Both the position numbers and the translations under genes were made by a program. A DNA stretch of 64,000 bases from an uncultured Actinomycetes bacterium (GTDB lineage Bacteria; Actinomycetota; Thermoleophilia; RBG-16-64-13): the NCBI GenBank assembly GCA_963706025.1, contig CAVPLM010000005.1, positions 768,001 through 832,000 on the forward strand, read 5' to 3'. The notes under the pieces are model-generated. The model ran no database searches, was not told the DNA's origin, and was given only the letters and a program-made list of their open reading frames with translations. Below, one piece after another: positions 62,986-64,000 of the stretch; position 1 is the first letter of the stretch; each line of letters starts with the position of its first letter.

Positions 62986-64000
62986 CTATTCGAATTCGAG
63001 GATGGGCTGGTTGGCAGCCAGACCGGCGACCGGTTGAGCTAACACGCACTTGACCTTGCCATCGCGCGAAGCGCGAAGCACGTTCTCCATCTTCATCGCC
63101 TCGATGACCGCCAGCTCCTCGCCCGCGCGTACCTCGTCGCCCACCTTGACCGACAATCTCAGCAGCAGGCCCGGCATCGGAGAAAGCAGGAACGGGGAGA
63201 GGTCGTAGGAGGCTTGTGCGGTGCGAGTCGGTTGAACTCGACCGCCCTCCTCGTCAGCACCTTGGCAAGCACCCGGCGGCCGCGGTGCGAGACACGATAG
63301 CCGATGCCGTCGGGTTCCACTTGGAGACAGACAGGCTCTCCGTTGAAGGTGCCGCGGAACAAGGGCCGACCCGGTTGCCAATCGCTCAGAACCTCGAAGG
63401 CCTCCCCATCCAGAATGACCCTGTGACCGTAGCCTCCCGCCTGTACCCTAACCGGGAACTCTGCGTCGCCCAGCAACACCACCCAGTCATCCGCCACCCC
63501 AGTCTCAAGCCCGCGGGTCTGGCCGCTTGTGCGCGCTGCCTGCTCGGCGTGTAGACGGTGGACGACGGCGGCGACCGCTACCAGCAGGGCAGGATCCCCC
63601 TGGGCCGCTTCTTCAGGGTGGAAGCCGAACGGATACTCTTCGGCGATGAAGCCGGTCGAGAGGCGCCCCTCCACAAACCGGGGATGCACCAGCAGGGCGG
63701 AGAGAAAGCTTATGTTGGGAGAGACCCCCTTGATATAGAACTCGTCGAGCGCCTTGCGCATGTGCTCGATGGCCTCGGCTCGGGTAGCTCCGTGGGTGAC
63801 GACTTTGGCGATCAGCGGATCGTAATAGAGGGAGACCTCGCTGCCTTCGTGGACGCCGGTGTCGACCCGGACGGACTCGCTCTCGGCCGGGGGCAGGTAG
63901 CGCACCAGGCGCCCGGCGGAGGGAAGGAAGTCCCGCAAGGGGTCTTCGGCGTACACTCGGGCCTCGAGCGCCCAGCCGCTCATCTCGACGTCGTCTTGTC
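62986..64000 (-). CDS. Propionyl/acyl-CoA carboxylase alpha subunit, C-terminal part (biotin carboxylase end + biotinyl domain), frameshift near 63225
   Basis: EARVYAEDP...FLPS.G, YYDPLIAK, SPMPGLL, EAMKMEN. Confidence 0.9.

Overview
High-GC chromosomal window, most likely from an anaerobic actinobacterium-like organism. Thermoleophilia-type is an inference from GC content, SLH proteins and gene repertoire. It is mostly housekeeping and metabolic: dnaE, branched-chain amino-acid genes (ilvE, cimA, leuCDB, leuA), acnA, a dtxR-feoA-feoB operon, an rrf2-metY-cysK sulfur cluster bracketed by two VapBC-type TA pairs, a ThiF/MoeB E1-like enzyme and split LigD PE/Pol genes. It also has two SLH surface proteins, a transhydroxylase-like molybdoenzyme, two tandem CoA-transferase pairs, a 2-hydroxyacyl-CoA dehydratase-like pair and pcc-meaB-mce. 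About 17 genes are broken by single-base indels, which I read as long-read consensus error, not biology. I saw no rRNA, tRNA, CRISPR array or transposase. The best signals missing from the ORF track are: (1) a 35-codon Ile/Val/Leu-rich ORF ending in eight glycines, with its own promoter-like site, directly upstream of the ThiF/MoeB gene (candidate new E1 substrate or leader/attenuator); (2) a Leu-rich leader peptide whose codons can sequester the leuA Shine-Dalgarno; (3) a 162-bp MITE-like element at the leuA stop codon; (4) an orphan AT-rich 29-bp palindrome between convergent genes; (5) an encapsulated-ferritin-like gene with no encapsulin nearby. All product calls are by eye from motifs; no searches were run.
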